Shown piece after piece: positions 43,107 to 54,690 of a stretch of DNA of 64,000 nucleotides; positions within the stretch are counted from its first letter, which is position 1; the number at the start of each line of letters is the position of its first letter. Origin of the DNA: Opitutales bacterium (GTDB lineage: Bacteria; Verrucomicrobiota; Verrucomicrobiia; Opitutales; PNEW01); the NCBI GenBank assembly GCA_965197745.1, contig CBDANS010000007.1, forward strand, positions 928,001-992,000, given 5' to 3'. The notes below the pieces were generated by a model, which did no database searches, had not been told where the DNA came from, and saw only the letters and a program-made list of their open reading frames with translations. The translations under genes and the position numbers were made by a program.

Positions 43107-43418
43107 TTATTTATTTTTGATCATATCAATGGTAATTTCTCCGGTCTTGGTTTCTGCGAGTTCAACTCTTGTAAGAATATGCTTAAAGAATTTCTCTAAG
43201 GTATCTTCTTTTACTTTTTGGTGAATCATATGAATTGAAAATGTGTCAATTTTGATCTTTTCGCTGATATTAAGCTGTTCATAAAGGTTCATATCCATAA
43301 TTTCTTCAAACGTATCATATGACTTTATGAGGTTATCGAGCAAGAATTCTGCTTTTTTCCTTAGCGAATACTCTATATCTTGGGTATCAATTTTTCCTCT
43401 CTTCTTTTTGAATATCAT
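43107..43418 (-). CDS. Hypothetical passenger protein
   Basis: 103-aa ORF directly after the transposase. Confidence 0.55.
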   Translation of the reverse strand: MIFKKKRGKIDTQDIEYSLRKKAEFLLDNLIKSYDTFEEIMDMNLYEQLNISEKIKIDTFSIHMIHQKVKEDTLEKFFKHILTRVELAETKTGEITIDMIKNK

Positions 43419-43430
43419 TGTATTTCCTAA

Positions 43431-44395
43431 TCAGGCAGCTTTGGAGCCAATGGGTGATGCAATCAAATCTTCGTATTTAAGTTGTTTACCAACCATTCTA
43501 CGTGCAATCGTCGACATTTGTGTGAGCGTATCCTTACTACGAATATTTTGACGCCCGGCAAACTCGTTAATATACCGATGAAGGTGCTTAATACTCATTT
43601 TATGAAAAGTTCCATGATAACCACGTTTAAATAACGCCCAGAATGACTCTATGCCATTCGCGTGTGCCATCCCATTTACAAACTCACCAGTGCTGTGGCA
43701 AACGGATTTATGTTGGAATATATCTGACAATTGAGAATAGGCTTTGTGTTCATCCGAATATACAGTTGATCCCCGCTCTACAGATTGTCTAACAAAACCT
43801 GCTAATACACCATCTCCAGTTAATTTAATTGTACTAGCTACAACTTGCTCTAACCTCTCCTGATCGTTCTTTTACGCCTACTATAGCAAGTTTTACCAAC
43901 AGTGCCATGTCCAGATTTCAATTTCTTTGATCCATGCTTATTGCGTTCTTTTCCACCGACATAAGTTTCGTCTACTTCCACTGCACCACGCAATTTCCTG
44001 TCACCTATGATAAATGCTTCGCGAATACGTTGCATCATATGCCAAGCTGATTTTTGCGTTATTCCCAATTCGCGATGCAGCTTCATACTAGACACTCCCT
44101 TGAGGCTAGTTGTTGCCATATAAATTGCAATCGCCCACTGCTGTAACCCAAGTTTGCTAGACTCCATAACTGCTCCCTTGCGAACGCTAAAAAATTGCCT
44201 GCAATCTTTGCAACGATACCGCATTGATTTATGGGTTGTGTGAACGCACTTATCAGAACCGCAATCTGGGCAAGTTACCCCATCTGGCCATCGTTGCTTT
44301 TCAAAACATGCTTCCGCAGCATCATCATTGGGGAACATTTTAAACAGTTCTATGACTGTCAATCCTTCTCGATGTGATCTTCCTGGTCCTGACAT
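43431..44395 (-). pseudogene. IS1595-family transposase, frameshifted
   Basis: Zn ribbon CPDC..CKDC, VEVDETYVGG, NGIESFWALFKRG; frameshifts at ~43845-43890. Confidence 0.9.
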
Positions 44396-44598
44396 AATTT
44401 TTTACCTTATTTAATTGATTTGACTATGGTAACTATACTACCATTAAATATAATAATGTCAAGAGATTTAGTTAATTTTTTCCTTTTTTAAACAATGATA
44501 ACAACAAACGAAAGCATGAATTAGGTTTCTTGATCATTATTCTCTGAATTGGTGTTGGTTTAATTATTATTCTTTAATAATATGTGAATTAAGTGGGA

Positions 44599-45183
44599 TC
44601 ACACTAGTAGTTTACACCTCTCTAGTGTGATCCCATATTCCTCAACAGAACTCAGGGAACCAGTTGCTTCAAATTCATCTCCACGGTTTAGCCCCTTAAG
44701 ATCACCTTTCCAAGAGCGTTTTTTAAATTCGAAATACACACTGACCTCATCCTCTGTTTCGGCGTAAACCTGAATGCAATCATCCTTGTCATCAACATCT
44801 ATTACTTTGGCGCGCATGGTTAGTCTGGAGCCAATGTGTGGCTGAATAATTGGATAAGCCTGAATCGATGTCAGACCTGAAATCATACCCACCAACTCCT
44901 TGGGCGTTTTTCGTGTCAAAAGATCATCAGTATGTGACTGAACAACTGGGCCTGTTCCCAACTGAACTCGCCCCTCGCCTCCAGGGCTGATGTTTTCAGT
45001 CGATGGTTGGCTAAGATTGTTTAACTTTCCCTCTAGCGTAGCAATCCGTTTCTTATAGTTCCGACCAAATATTAATGTGCCTAGCATACCGGTGAGCCCT
45101 CCAAGTATGAGCGACATGACAATCCAAACCCAACGTGCCATGATGATCTGCAGTAAACCACACAAGAAGTTATCCCAATCCAT
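44599..45183 (-). CDS. Membrane-anchored protein with probable OB-fold
   Basis: N-terminal TM; C-terminal beta-rich L.RGD....G..L..C pattern. Confidence 0.65.
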   Translation of the reverse strand: MDWDNFLCGLLQIIMARWVWIVMSLILGGLTGMLGTLIFGRNYKKRIATLEGKLNNLSQPSTENISPGGEGRVQLGTGPVVQSHTDDLLTRKTPKELVGMISGLTSIQAYPIIQPHIGSRLTMRAKVIDVDDKDDCIQVYAETEDEVSVYFEFKKRSWKGDLKGLNRGDEFEATGSLSSVEEYGITLERCKLLV

Positions 45184-45617
45184 CCTATCCGATTATGCAC
45201 CGTAACATAAATCGTCAAGATTTTTGGTAACTTTGGTATATAATTCCCCTTTAAAAGCCCACTAGAGTTTGTCAGATTCCTTTCAGATCCTGGCCGCGTT
45301 CGGGCTACGCCCTCACTCGCCAGGATCTCTCCTATACATCAATCCTAAAACCATTAACACCCGGTAACTCTCTCACTTAATAATTGGTACTAAAAACGGG
45401 GTTCGATCACGAAGCAATTTGATGATCTCCATGAAGGGGCTAATTATGACTTAGAAGTAGATTCAACCTCAACTAATGCATCTGAAAATGTTAATTTAAT
45501 TAAGACATTTTTGATGCTTAAAGATCCTGGTCTGAAAAACCACAATAATAATATCAGCAAAGAAGACATCTGAGGTCAGAGTCTGATTTATGCTATAATG
45601 AAAATTACTATAAAATA

Positions 45618-46103
45618 TTAGGCTTTTTCAATTCTTGCTTGTTTCTTTCTAAAGAAGTTTGGGTTGATTACAAATTCGTACTTCAGCCCATCGGGGTCAC
45701 AAAAGAATGTAGCATAATAACCTTCGTTGTATTCAGTGCATTCACAAGGTGGATCGGTAATTTTACATAATCCTTTTTCTTCCAATGGAACCAGAACTGT
45801 TGAGTAAAACCGATCAACATCCTCTTGGGTGGCTGCACAAAATGCAATATGATGATGATGCCCAACTGCCCAACGAATATATTCGACAGAAGACTGCTCC
45901 TTTTGGGTTTGGGTTATGCTGAATTCATGGGGCGTATTAAGATCCCATCTTTTGTAATCTTGAAATGGATAGTCTCCCTCAAAAACGCTGTCGGTCAGCT
46001 CATAGCCTAAATATTCAAACATCGGACGGTAAAATTGCGATGAACGCTTCACATCCGAGACGACGATGCTTTGGTGATGTAAGAGTCCTCGGTGTGTATT
46101 CAT
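45618..46103 (-). CDS. VOC/glyoxalase family protein
   Basis: HHQSI.VSD..RS..FY, HHIAF, YYATFFCDPDGLKYE. Confidence 0.9.
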   Translation of the reverse strand: MNTHRGLLHHQSIVVSDVKRSSQFYRPMFEYLGYELTDSVFEGDYPFQDYKRWDLNTPHEFSITQTQKEQSSVEYIRWAVGHHHHIAFCAATQEDVDRFYSTVLVPLEEKGLCKITDPPCECTEYNEGYYATFFCDPDGLKYEFVINPNFFRKKQARIEKA

Positions 46104-46346
46104 TTTGGGTGTTCCTTTTTTGTAATTAATTGGGCAAATATGTTAGATCGAATTTGCAAATGTTAAACTAACGAGAGAGATACTGCATAAGTTCATCTTA
46201 CGAGAACTGTGTTATGAGGTAGATTGCAAGGATGAATGTTGTATTTAAAGGTTATATTTCTAAAGAAAAACTGAATCAGATGTTTGAAATAGCGGTTGCA
46301 GGGGAACTAGACGTTATTGAAATAAGCGAAGAATTAACAAAAGTCC

Positions 46347-46383
46347 TTGACACTAACTATATAAATATTTATATAGTTGTTCC
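46347..46383 (+). promoter_or_regulatory. Promoter with a perfect 24-bp palindromic operator
   Basis: TTGACA 46347; aactatataaatatttatatagtt 46355-46378; ATG 46384 with no Shine-Dalgarno. Confidence 0.75.
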
Positions 46384-46956
46384 ATGAGTCTTGATTACAT
46401 CTTGCTCGGGATGCTAAGCAAACCGGCTAGCGGCTACGACCTCAAGATCGAGTTCAACCAAGTAGCTCGCAATTTCTGGTCGGCTGAACTGAGTCAGATC
46501 TATCCTGCTCTGAAACGCTTAGAAGCCAAGGGACTGCTTGAATGTGCGGTTGAGCCCTCAGCAAAGGGACCGGATCGGAAGGTCTATCGGCGAACGAAGA
46601 TAGGTTGCACCGAACTCGTTAAGTGGCTGGAAGCTGGACCAGTTATGGGAACGCAACGCTTCGCCTACGTCGCACAGCTCGCTTTCTTTGCTGAGTTGGG
46701 CGACTTGGAGCGAACGCTCGACTTCATCCTTGAGCTACGCTCTCAGTTCGTCAGCTTTCTGGCAATGCTCGAAGCAACCGAAGCCGAGATCTCGTTAGCT
46801 GAAGAGGACCTACCTGACGAAACGTTTCATGATTACCTGTGCCTTCGGATGGGCGTGACTTCGATCCACGCCCACATCGCATGGTGTGATGAATCGGTCG
46901 ATCGCATTTGCGAACGACAGCGAAACTTAGGTTCTAAGAAGACGACTCATGATTGA
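46384..46956 (+). CDS. PadR family regulator (long, AphA-like)
   Basis: SGYDL, SQIYPALKRLE, RKVY..T..G. Confidence 0.9.
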   Translation: MSLDYILLGMLSKPASGYDLKIEFNQVARNFWSAELSQIYPALKRLEAKGLLECAVEPSAKGPDRKVYRRTKIGCTELVKWLEAGPVMGTQRFAYVAQLAFFAELGDLERTLDFILELRSQFVSFLAMLEATEAEISLAEEDLPDETFHDYLCLRMGVTSIHAHIAWCDESVDRICERQRNLGSKKTTHD

Positions 46957-47077
46957 TCTCGTTCATCAAGGACTGTGCTGGACTCATATCTTAATTGGGT
47001 GCGTTTGCCTGATTGCTTCTTGAGCGCCTATCGAAGTCACGCCAATCATTGTCGTTAGACTAAAAACTTTTTAAAAT

Positions 47078-48328
47078 ATGATAGAAAAAATACGAATAAC
47101 TTTTGGGGCTCTGATTTTGGTTTTAACATTAGTCATACCACTACTAGCTAAGCAGGAAAACTCCAGATCTAGACAAATTAAAGAGGCACTTGAGCACGCG
47201 CGTCTTGACCTCATTGAGATTCGTCGTGACATTCACCAACATCCCGAGGTCTCAGGAAAGGAGGAGCGCACATCGCGTCTAGTATCTGAGCGATTGAGAA
47301 CTCTTGGATTAGAGGTGGAGACTGGCGTCGGCGGTCATGGTGTAATCGGCGTTCTTAAAGGGAACAAGCCTGGAACTGTTGTTGCTTATAGGGCCGACAT
47401 GGATGCTGTTTATAGCGAAGCTCTCGATCCCGTACCCTTCCGTTCTAAGATATCAGGTGTCCGACATATTTGCGGCCACGACATTCACACCACTGTAGCT
47501 TTGGGTGTTGTGGAAGCTCTGGTAGCGGTTCAAGATGATCTCCCAGGTACAGTGAAATTTATTTTTCAACCTTCAGAGGAGAATTGGATGGGGGCCTTAG
47601 CTATGATGCGTGATGGGGTACTTGAAAATCCCACTCCAACCGCTATCTTCGCAGTCCACTGTTTTCCAGGGGAGGTTGGACAGATCGGAGTTGTGGATGG
47701 TATGGTTCTTCCAGGGGCTGATCAAATAGTCTTAACGGTCAGTGGAAAGGGGGACACCGAACACGCGGCTCAGACTTATGCAGACATCATTTCAAGCCTG
47801 AGTACCATTGGACCTCTAGGAAGCAGCGGTCCGTCAGACTGGGAAAGATTCATATATGCGCGTGCACACGTCAAAATGGACCCTTCAAATTCGAGCCAAT
47901 GGATTGTGAGAGGATTCGTGAAAGCTTCTAGTGAAGAGGCCTACGCGTCGGCGAAAAGTACGTTCAATAGTCAACTTTCAGATCTCACATTATCGGATAT
48001 CCACTACAAACTTGACTATCAAGATCGGTTATATCCCGACTTGATTAACGACTCCTATCTAGTAAAATCTTCACTAGACCCGATTCGTATTGCTATCGGA
48101 GATGACGGACTGATTCTTGTACCCGTAGCGGTCCCTTATTTTGGTGAGGACTTCGTTTACTACCAACAAAAAATCCCCGGAGTCATGTACTGGTTGGGTG
48201 TTTCCAATTCCGAGAAAGGATTCGTGGGAATGCCGCACAGCCCTGGATTTGTAGCCGATGATGAGTCCGTCATAGTGGGGGCGCGTGCAATGTCGGCAGT
48301 TTTATTGGACTATCTGGAGAACCACTGA
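47078..48328 (+). CDS. M20 family amidohydrolase
   Basis: HPE.SG.E, RADMDA, HICGHD.H, FQPSEE, GEDF. Confidence 0.92.
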   Translation: MIEKIRITFGALILVLTLVIPLLAKQENSRSRQIKEALEHARLDLIEIRRDIHQHPEVSGKEERTSRLVSERLRTLGLEVETGVGGHGVIGVLKGNKPGTVVAYRADMDAVYSEALDPVPFRSKISGVRHICGHDIHTTVALGVVEALVAVQDDLPGTVKFIFQPSEENWMGALAMMRDGVLENPTPTAIFAVHCFPGEVGQIGVVDGMVLPGADQIVLTVSGKGDTEHAAQTYADIISSLSTIGPLGSSGPSDWERFIYARAHVKMDPSNSSQWIVRGFVKASSEEAYASAKSTFNSQLSDLTLSDIHYKLDYQDRLYPDLINDSYLVKSSLDPIRIAIGDDGLILVPVAVPYFGEDFVYYQQKIPGVMYWLGVSNSEKGFVGMPHSPGFVADDESVIVGARAMSAVLLDYLENH

Positions 48329-49615
48329 CCTGTCCCCGTAAAACTGGACCAGGAAAGATTTAGTCTGGCGTGGGTGGAAAACCTAATAAAAATAGGAGAA
48401 AGAACGATCCATGAAAAGCAAAGGTTCACGAGGCACAGCCGAGAAGGCCTGACAAACGATATAATAAAGAACAAATCATCTATGGCCTAAGGCAGGTAGA
48501 AGGCGGACGAAGGATTGCCGAAGTGTGCCGAGAGTTAGGGGTGAGCGAACAGACCTACCATCGATGGAAGAGTAAATACGCGGGCATGGGAATGAGCGAA
48601 TTAAGACGGCTGAAGCAACTCGACGAAGAGAACGCTAGTTTAAAGAAGCTGGTGGCTGATCTGAGCCTGGACAAGCACATGCTGCAGGAAGTTATCTCAA
48701 AAAAGTTATAAAGCCAGTGGGCAAGAAGGCGATTGCTGAGTGGTTAGTGGAAGCTTATGCAGTGAGCAAACGCCGGGCGTGCAGGCTGATGCAGTTGTAT
48801 TGGTCGAGTTATAACTATCAGCCGGTGATGAGGGACGAACGCGCGCTGATTGTGCGCATACGAGACCTCGCCGCCGCGCGTGTGCGCTACGGGTATAGGC
48901 GAATCACGGTGTTATTAAAGCGGGAGGGCTGGTTAAAGCGGGAGGGCTGGTCGGTAGGAAAGAAACGCGTCTATCGGATCTACAAGGCTGAAGGGCTGGA
49001 AGTGCGCACGAAGAAACGTAAGAAGCGTGCCGCGCAAAGGCGGGTCTCACTGCCCGCGGCTTCAGCTGCCCAGGAACGCTGGTCGATGGACTTTATGAGC
49101 GATCGGCTGGTCAACGGCCGCCCTTTCCGCATTCTCACCGTTGTCGATCAGTATACCCGAGCTTGCCCACTGCTTCTGGCCGATACGTCCATCGGTGGTC
49201 ATAAAGTCACTGCAGCACTTACGAAAGCCGCTGAACGAATCGGTCTTCCCGAAACCATTACCGTCGATAATGGTCCTGAGTTTGCCGGCAAAGTAATGGA
49301 TCAGTGGGCTTATGGCCATGGCATCGAGCTGGATTTTATCCGGCCAGGTAAACCCGTAGAAAATGGCTATATTGAGAGCTTCAATGGACGCTTACGAGAT
49401 GAACTTCTTAACACGGAGATATTTTGTACGCTCGCTGAAGTGAAAGAAAAACTTGAAACCTGGCGGCTTGATTATAATACTCAAAGACCACACAGCTCTC
49501 TGGGCTATCGGCCTCCGGCCGAATACGCCCAAAGAGCCATATCTAAGCAAATTAAAACCCATACCACCCTGCCGGATCTAACACTAGCACTGGTACAGTA
49601 AACGGGAGCAGGTCA
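48326..49615 (+). mobile_element. IS3-family element type B (IS407-like)
   Basis: tgacctgtccccg / cgggagcaggtca ends; orfA (disrupted by a 29-nt insert) and orfB with [23 protein letters not shown]. Confidence 0.92.
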
Positions 49616-49732
49616 CCCGGTAACTCTCTCACTTAATAATTGGTACGAAATACGGGGTCCAATCATAACATTCCGGAGTATGTGAGCTTTTTTAGTCGTA
49701 CTCGTTTGTTAGACTAAATTGACGGCAAGCTT

Positions 49733-50989
49733 TTGGTGAACGATACTCAAGTACAATCACATTCTATAAAAGGATTTTTTGTCCTTTTTTCTGGTCAATC
49801 TATCTCATTGCTAGGTAGCCAAATCGTTCAATTTGCCTTAGTCTGGTGGTTAGTTCAGGAAACACATTCAGCGACAGTATTAAGCATAGCTGCTATTTTC
49901 GGATTTTTGCCACAAGTAGTCCTTGGACCCATTATTGGTACTTTAGTCGACCGTTGGAATCGTAAACAGGTAATGTTGCTGTCGGACAGCATTATTGCTT
50001 TAGCGACCTTATTATTGGCATGGATCTTCACTATTGGGTCGGTTCAAATCTGGATGGTATACCTCATCATGTTTATTCGCGCATTAGGCGAAGGGTTCCA
50101 AAAACCAGCCATGATGGCATCAATCCCCCTCATGATTCCAGATAAATATCTTTCAAATATTCATGGGGTAAGACAGGCATTTTATGGTGGGCTTCAAATA
50201 ATCTCTGCACCACTTGCTGCCCTTTTGTTGGGTCTTATGCCAACAGTAGCCATTCTTCTAATTGATGTAATAACAGCTCTCTTCGCAATTACTCCCCTGT
50301 TATTTATTATTATTCCACAACCTAATAAAAATCAGGATAGATCGGGAATAGGTAACATACAGTCAGTTTGGGCTGATTTGATCGCTGGTTTTAAGTACGT
50401 GCGGAGCTTGGTGGGACTATTCATACTCGTCGCGTTTATGTCTTTGATTGGTGTGTTGCTAATGCCCCCTTGGATTCTTCTTCCATTATTAGTGACCATT
50501 CATTTTGGTGGAGATGTAATAGACTTGGGTTGGATATTATCAGCGACTGGGATTGGTGAAGTCATCGGTGGGATCACACTTAGTTTATGGGGTGGCTTTA
50601 AAAAACGAATTATTACCGTTATGATTGGTTTAATTGGTATAGGACTTAGCTTAATTATTGTAAGCGTACTACCACCTGCTTATTTTTTAATTGCAGTAAT
50701 GTCCATGTTCCTAGGTGGTTTTATGTCTTCTATAATTAACGGTTCTCAGGTAGCAATTATACAAACTTGTTCCACTCCAGAAATGCAAGGTCGAGTTTGG
50801 ACTATAACGGGGAGTATGATGAACTGTACAACCCCGCTGGGACTTTTGATCGCGGGACCAGTCGCAGACTTAATGGGAATTAAATTCTGGTATATAGTGG
50901 GAGGGATAGGCAGCGTTATTATCGGAATAACCCTTATGCTTATTCCAGCAGTCGTTCACATTGAAGAGGGTAGAGCTAAAGTATCATGA
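49733..50989 (+). CDS. MFS transporter (MefA/DHA3-like efflux)
   Basis: GQSISLLGS, G.LVDRWNRK, QGRV; about 12 TMs. Confidence 0.9.
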   Translation: MVNDTQVQSHSIKGFFVLFSGQSISLLGSQIVQFALVWWLVQETHSATVLSIAAIFGFLPQVVLGPIIGTLVDRWNRKQVMLLSDSIIALATLLLAWIFTIGSVQIWMVYLIMFIRALGEGFQKPAMMASIPLMIPDKYLSNIHGVRQAFYGGLQIISAPLAALLLGLMPTVAILLIDVITALFAITPLLFIIIPQPNKNQDRSGIGNIQSVWADLIAGFKYVRSLVGLFILVAFMSLIGVLLMPPWILLPLLVTIHFGGDVIDLGWILSATGIGEVIGGITLSLWGGFKKRIITVMIGLIGIGLSLIIVSVLPPAYFLIAVMSMFLGGFMSSIINGSQVAIIQTCSTPEMQGRVWTITGSMMNCTTPLGLLIAGPVADLMGIKFWYIVGGIGSVIIGITLMLIPAVVHIEEGRAKVS

Positions 50990-51063
50990 GTTTTTCAATT
51001 AGTCAAAAAGAGTTGGAAGGGGTCAGGCTTTGTATGCTGGTTTTATACTATATTGCCGGAATA

Positions 51064-51370
51064 TGACCTGCTCCCGTTTACTGTAGCAGAGCCAGTGTTA
51101 GATCCGGCAGGGTGGTAAGAGTTTTCATTTTCTTCTGCCAACGAACAAAACTACCTCGGTATAAGAAGTTCATCGCGTAAACGTCCATTGAAAATATCGA
51201 TATAACCATTTTCTGCGGGTTTACCTAGCCGGATAAAATCCAACTCAATGCTGTGGACATAAGCCACAGCATCGAGTACTTTACCTGCAAATTCAGGCTC
51301 ATTATCGACGGTCATGGTTGGGGCAAGATAGAATTCTTCCGAAGCTTTCTAAAGTGCGGCCGTAACCGCG
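51064..51370 (-). mobile_element. IS3 type B 3' remnant
   Basis: tgacctgctcccgtttac end plus decayed orfB. Confidence 0.8.
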
Positions 51371-51514
51371 TTCCACTATAATTGTATTATCAAGAGGGAT
51401 AGACGCAGACCCGTCTTCGTCTCTCGATTACGCCGTGGCAAGCGAGGATTGGTAATAATCTATACTCAGTACTCGCTTAATTGAGGACACGATTAAGAGT
51501 TTCTGATATCTGGC

Positions 51515-51813
51515 TTACGGTTTTGAAGCTTCGACTTCAAGTCTGAGCATGCCAAGATGGGTCATGCCGTCATCGTCTGGAGGGTGGCGATGGAGATACT
51601 CGTCAATAGCCTGTTGAAGAAACTTGTCGCGCTCACTTTCGGGAACTCGCTGTGTGTAGGGCAACCATGTTGTCCGCACCCAACTTTTGAACCCAGGGAT
51701 GTCATGGACCATGTCTTTCGGAATCAATTCAACGCGCTTTACAGCGAAACCAACTTCGGACAGCCAGAGATGATAATCAGCAGGATCATAGAAATTATAG
51801 GGAAAAGTGAAGT
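51515..51813 (-). pseudogene. C-terminal fragment of a SAM methyltransferase (Tam-like)
   Basis: FPYNFY..W.RTTWLPYTQRVP..RLEVEA; cut by the IS at 51814. Confidence 0.65.
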
Positions 51814-53242
51814 TGATTGGACCCCGTTTTTCGTACCAATTATTAAGTGAGAGAGTTCCCGGGTATTAATGGTTTTAGGATTGATGTATATGAGAGATCT
51901 TGGCGAAGTGAGGGCGTAGCCCGAACGCGGCCAAGATCTGAAAGGAATCTGACAAACTCTTGTGGGCTTTTAAAGCCTAAACGACTATGAGGATGTTCAT
52001 GGTTGTAGGTCTGACGGCATTGTTCGATTACCACGTGCGCTTCAGCCACGCTGAGCAACACATCAGTGTTCAAACATGAGCGCTTCGCTATGTCGTCACT
52101 ACGTTCCTCGGTACATCGGGTAAGCGGTTGTGAAACGGTTCGATGAGACCGTTTATTATTCTCGCTATCGCTCGTTGAGGTGTCTCGCTTCGCTCGGTAG
52201 CCAGGGACTGCCCGGGTCGATATAGATCGTCTTGATGCTTTTGTCGGACAACCACTGCTGCACTTGATGAGCGATAAATGGCTTCGCATGTCGTCGCTTT
52301 GCTCCTCGGAACACTGCCATTGTCACTACGAATATAGTGGGGGGATTCCCTCTTCATCGACGGCTTCGCAGAGAACCGAGAGGACCTCGGTTGAGGTGAG
52401 CTGTCGAGCGACCCGAAGGCGCAAACATTTTCGCGTATATGTCTTCGCTTCGCTTGAGTGTAGTCGCTTTCAGATCCTCGGTACATCGATTAGGGTCATG
52501 ATTTTCAGTGAACCTCCATTATCGCTACGATCATGGATAAAGTCCCAGGACCAGACGTGATTGCGATCGGTTGCTTTAGTGGGAAGCCCAGTAGAGACCC
52601 CTTGACGGTGCCTACGCTTTTTCGGTAGCTTTACCTGCAGTCCTTCTGATCGTCGTACTGCCTGGACAAACTTCCTGCTAGTTGTCCAACCTTCCTTTAA
52701 AAGCAGGGCACGGATGCGCCGATAACCGTAACGGGAATATTCCCAGGATAAGGTCACAATCTGCTCGGCCAACCGTAGAGCTTTCCTGCTGACCTGCTTG
52801 GGCCGGTAGCTGTAGGTTGACCAACTGAGGCTGAGATAGGAACAAGCCCTCCAAAACGAGCACAGCCCCTTCTCAGCCACCTCTTTTACGGCTCGCTTCT
52901 TCTGCTTTGGCTCACCCCTTTTTTGACAGTGTTTCCTCCAATACCTGATTCTTGATCATTTGCTCAGCGAGCAGGTTTTTTAGCTCGGTATTTTCTTTTC
53001 CCAGTTCTTTAAATCACTTCGCATCGGCCAACTCCAAGTTGCCATACTTATTACCCCAGCGATAAAAGCTCTGCACGCTTAGGTTGTTCCCACCGCAGAC
53101 TTCTTGTACCGTCTTATCTGTATCGGCTTGACGCAGTATTGCGATGATCTGTTCTGTTTGTATCTTTTTCTTTGCATTGAGGTTATCTATTTATCCCCAT
53201 AACCTCTCTCGGTATATGATACCATTTTTAGTGGTCACGCCA
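51814..53242 (-). mobile_element. IS3-family element type A, inactivated by four micro-insertions and point changes
   Basis: Collinear with the 41719 copy. Confidence 0.9.
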
Positions 53243-53684
53243 AGGGGAAGTGAAAGTGGTATGAACAGCAATGTTTGTAAAATCATGGTAATCCTTGAAA
53301 AAGGTTGCGTAATGTATTCCCGGCTTGGCACATGTGATACACAACGACAACGTATAGTAAACCCGGACAATTGATTGATTTCAATATGACTCTAGACTCT
53401 ACAGCACACTTGGGCAATAAAGGAGCCCATGTCCAGTAGAAAGCTGAAGGAAACCTCCAAGCAATCCTTGACATGATGGTTCGACGTCGTGATAGGTGTC
53501 TGTACAGCAGGTTTATAGCAAGCCCGGCAATACAACCTAAAACACCTCGTTATCGCGGATAAAGCCGGGTCAGACAGCATTGTCAGGGTCCAGTTGTGAT
53601 TAAACTTGCCTCTACTGGGCGCATAAATTCATTGTTTCCAACACAAAGGTCACTTAATCGATATTATTAAATCCACACTTAAAT

Positions 53685-53852
53685 TCTTGCCCGTTTCCTG
53701 GCTGAAGATCACCAAAAAAAGTATGATTCCTGCCCATGTCAGGAAATTAGAGGAAAATATAAATTATTATTGTGCCGTTATTTAAGTATAACTAATTGTT
53801 AACAAGCAGTTTATTATAAGGCATTATTGAGTCCCGTTCATAGTCGGTTTCA
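53685..53852 (+). repeat. att-like direct repeat, second copy at ~60395..60582
   Basis: caggaaattagaggaaaatataaattattattgt..ttataaggcattattgagtcccgttcatagtcggtt is present in both. Confidence 0.85.
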
Positions 53853-54172
53853 TCGAGTCGTTTCACAACCGATTACGCGATGTACCGAGGAACGTAGTGA
53901 CGACATAGCGAAGCGCTCATGTTTGAATCGTGAAGTGTTGCTCAGCGTAGCTGAAGCGCAAGTGGTAATCGAACAATGCTGTCAGAACTATAACCATGAA
54001 CATCCCCACAGTCGTTTAGGCTTTAAAAGCCCACAAGAGTTTATCAGATTCCTTTCCGATTTTGGCTGCGTTCGGGCTACGCCCTCATTGCATCCAAAAC
54101 TTGACTTCCTCTACCAACTTAAACCTCTCCAGACTAACTCTCCCGGTGGACCAGTTTGTGTAACCCGACCAC
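53848..54172 (+). mobile_element. IS3 type A-related 3' fragment with a variant right end
   Basis: FIESFHNRLRD..LNREVLLSVAEA; ends gtggaccagtttgtgtaacccgacca. Confidence 0.75.
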
Positions 54173-54333
54173 GACGAATACTTACCTTCGAAACATTTTA
54201 ACTTAACTGGAGATGGCTATTTTAAACATCAAAATTGAAGGTCAACGAGTAGGGTCGTAATACGCCTTTCGTCGGATTTTGGATTGCAGTAAATGTAACG
54301 TGAGATACCTCTACGCGTAAAAAGCGTTCAGAA

Positions 54334-54690
54334 GTGAGATGGAGAACTAAATTCGTCCGATCAAGTAATGCCGATGTGCCAAATCGTCCCGGTATTTATG
54401 TGATCGGCCATATCGATGACACGAATGGATTACCAATCCGTAACCACTTTGTGTATGTTGGAATCACTAAAAATCTGAAGAGGAGGTTGAGAGAGCATTC
54501 ACATCTTACAGAAACGAATCCAAAACTCGCTATGTATTTAAGCCAAAATAGAACGAAATCAAGATTTTGGTTTACGACAGAAATACCTAATAAAGAATTG
54601 GCTGGATTAGAATCTGAACTTATCAGAACACTCAGACCTATCTACAACTCACAGAAGAAGAGAATTCACAAATCAGGAGGGAACAAATGA
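54334..54690 (+). CDS. GIY-YIG nuclease family protein
   Basis: PGIYVI..YVGITKNLKRRL..H..E.ELI...P.YN. Confidence 0.9.
   Translation: MRWRTKFVRSSNADVPNRPGIYVIGHIDDTNGLPIRNHFVYVGITKNLKRRLREHSHLTETNPKLAMYLSQNRTKSRFWFTTEIPNKELAGLESELIRTLRPIYNSQKKRIHKSGGNK

Larger units (their letters stand above)
42920..45248 (-). mobile_element. IS1595-family element with passenger genes
   Basis: 27-bp IRs gggaattatatacc(t/a)aagttaccaaaa; 8-bp TSD ctttaaaa (42912-42919, 45249-45256). Confidence 0.93.
41719..45409 (+). mobile_element. IS3-family element type A interrupted by an IS1595 element
   Basis: tggagtgaccc..gggttcgatca ends; orfA 41784..42050; orfB 42191..42799. Confidence 0.9.

Noticed and set aside
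53243..53680. Possible decayed CDS
   Set aside because: Stops in all frames examined and no recognisable motif.
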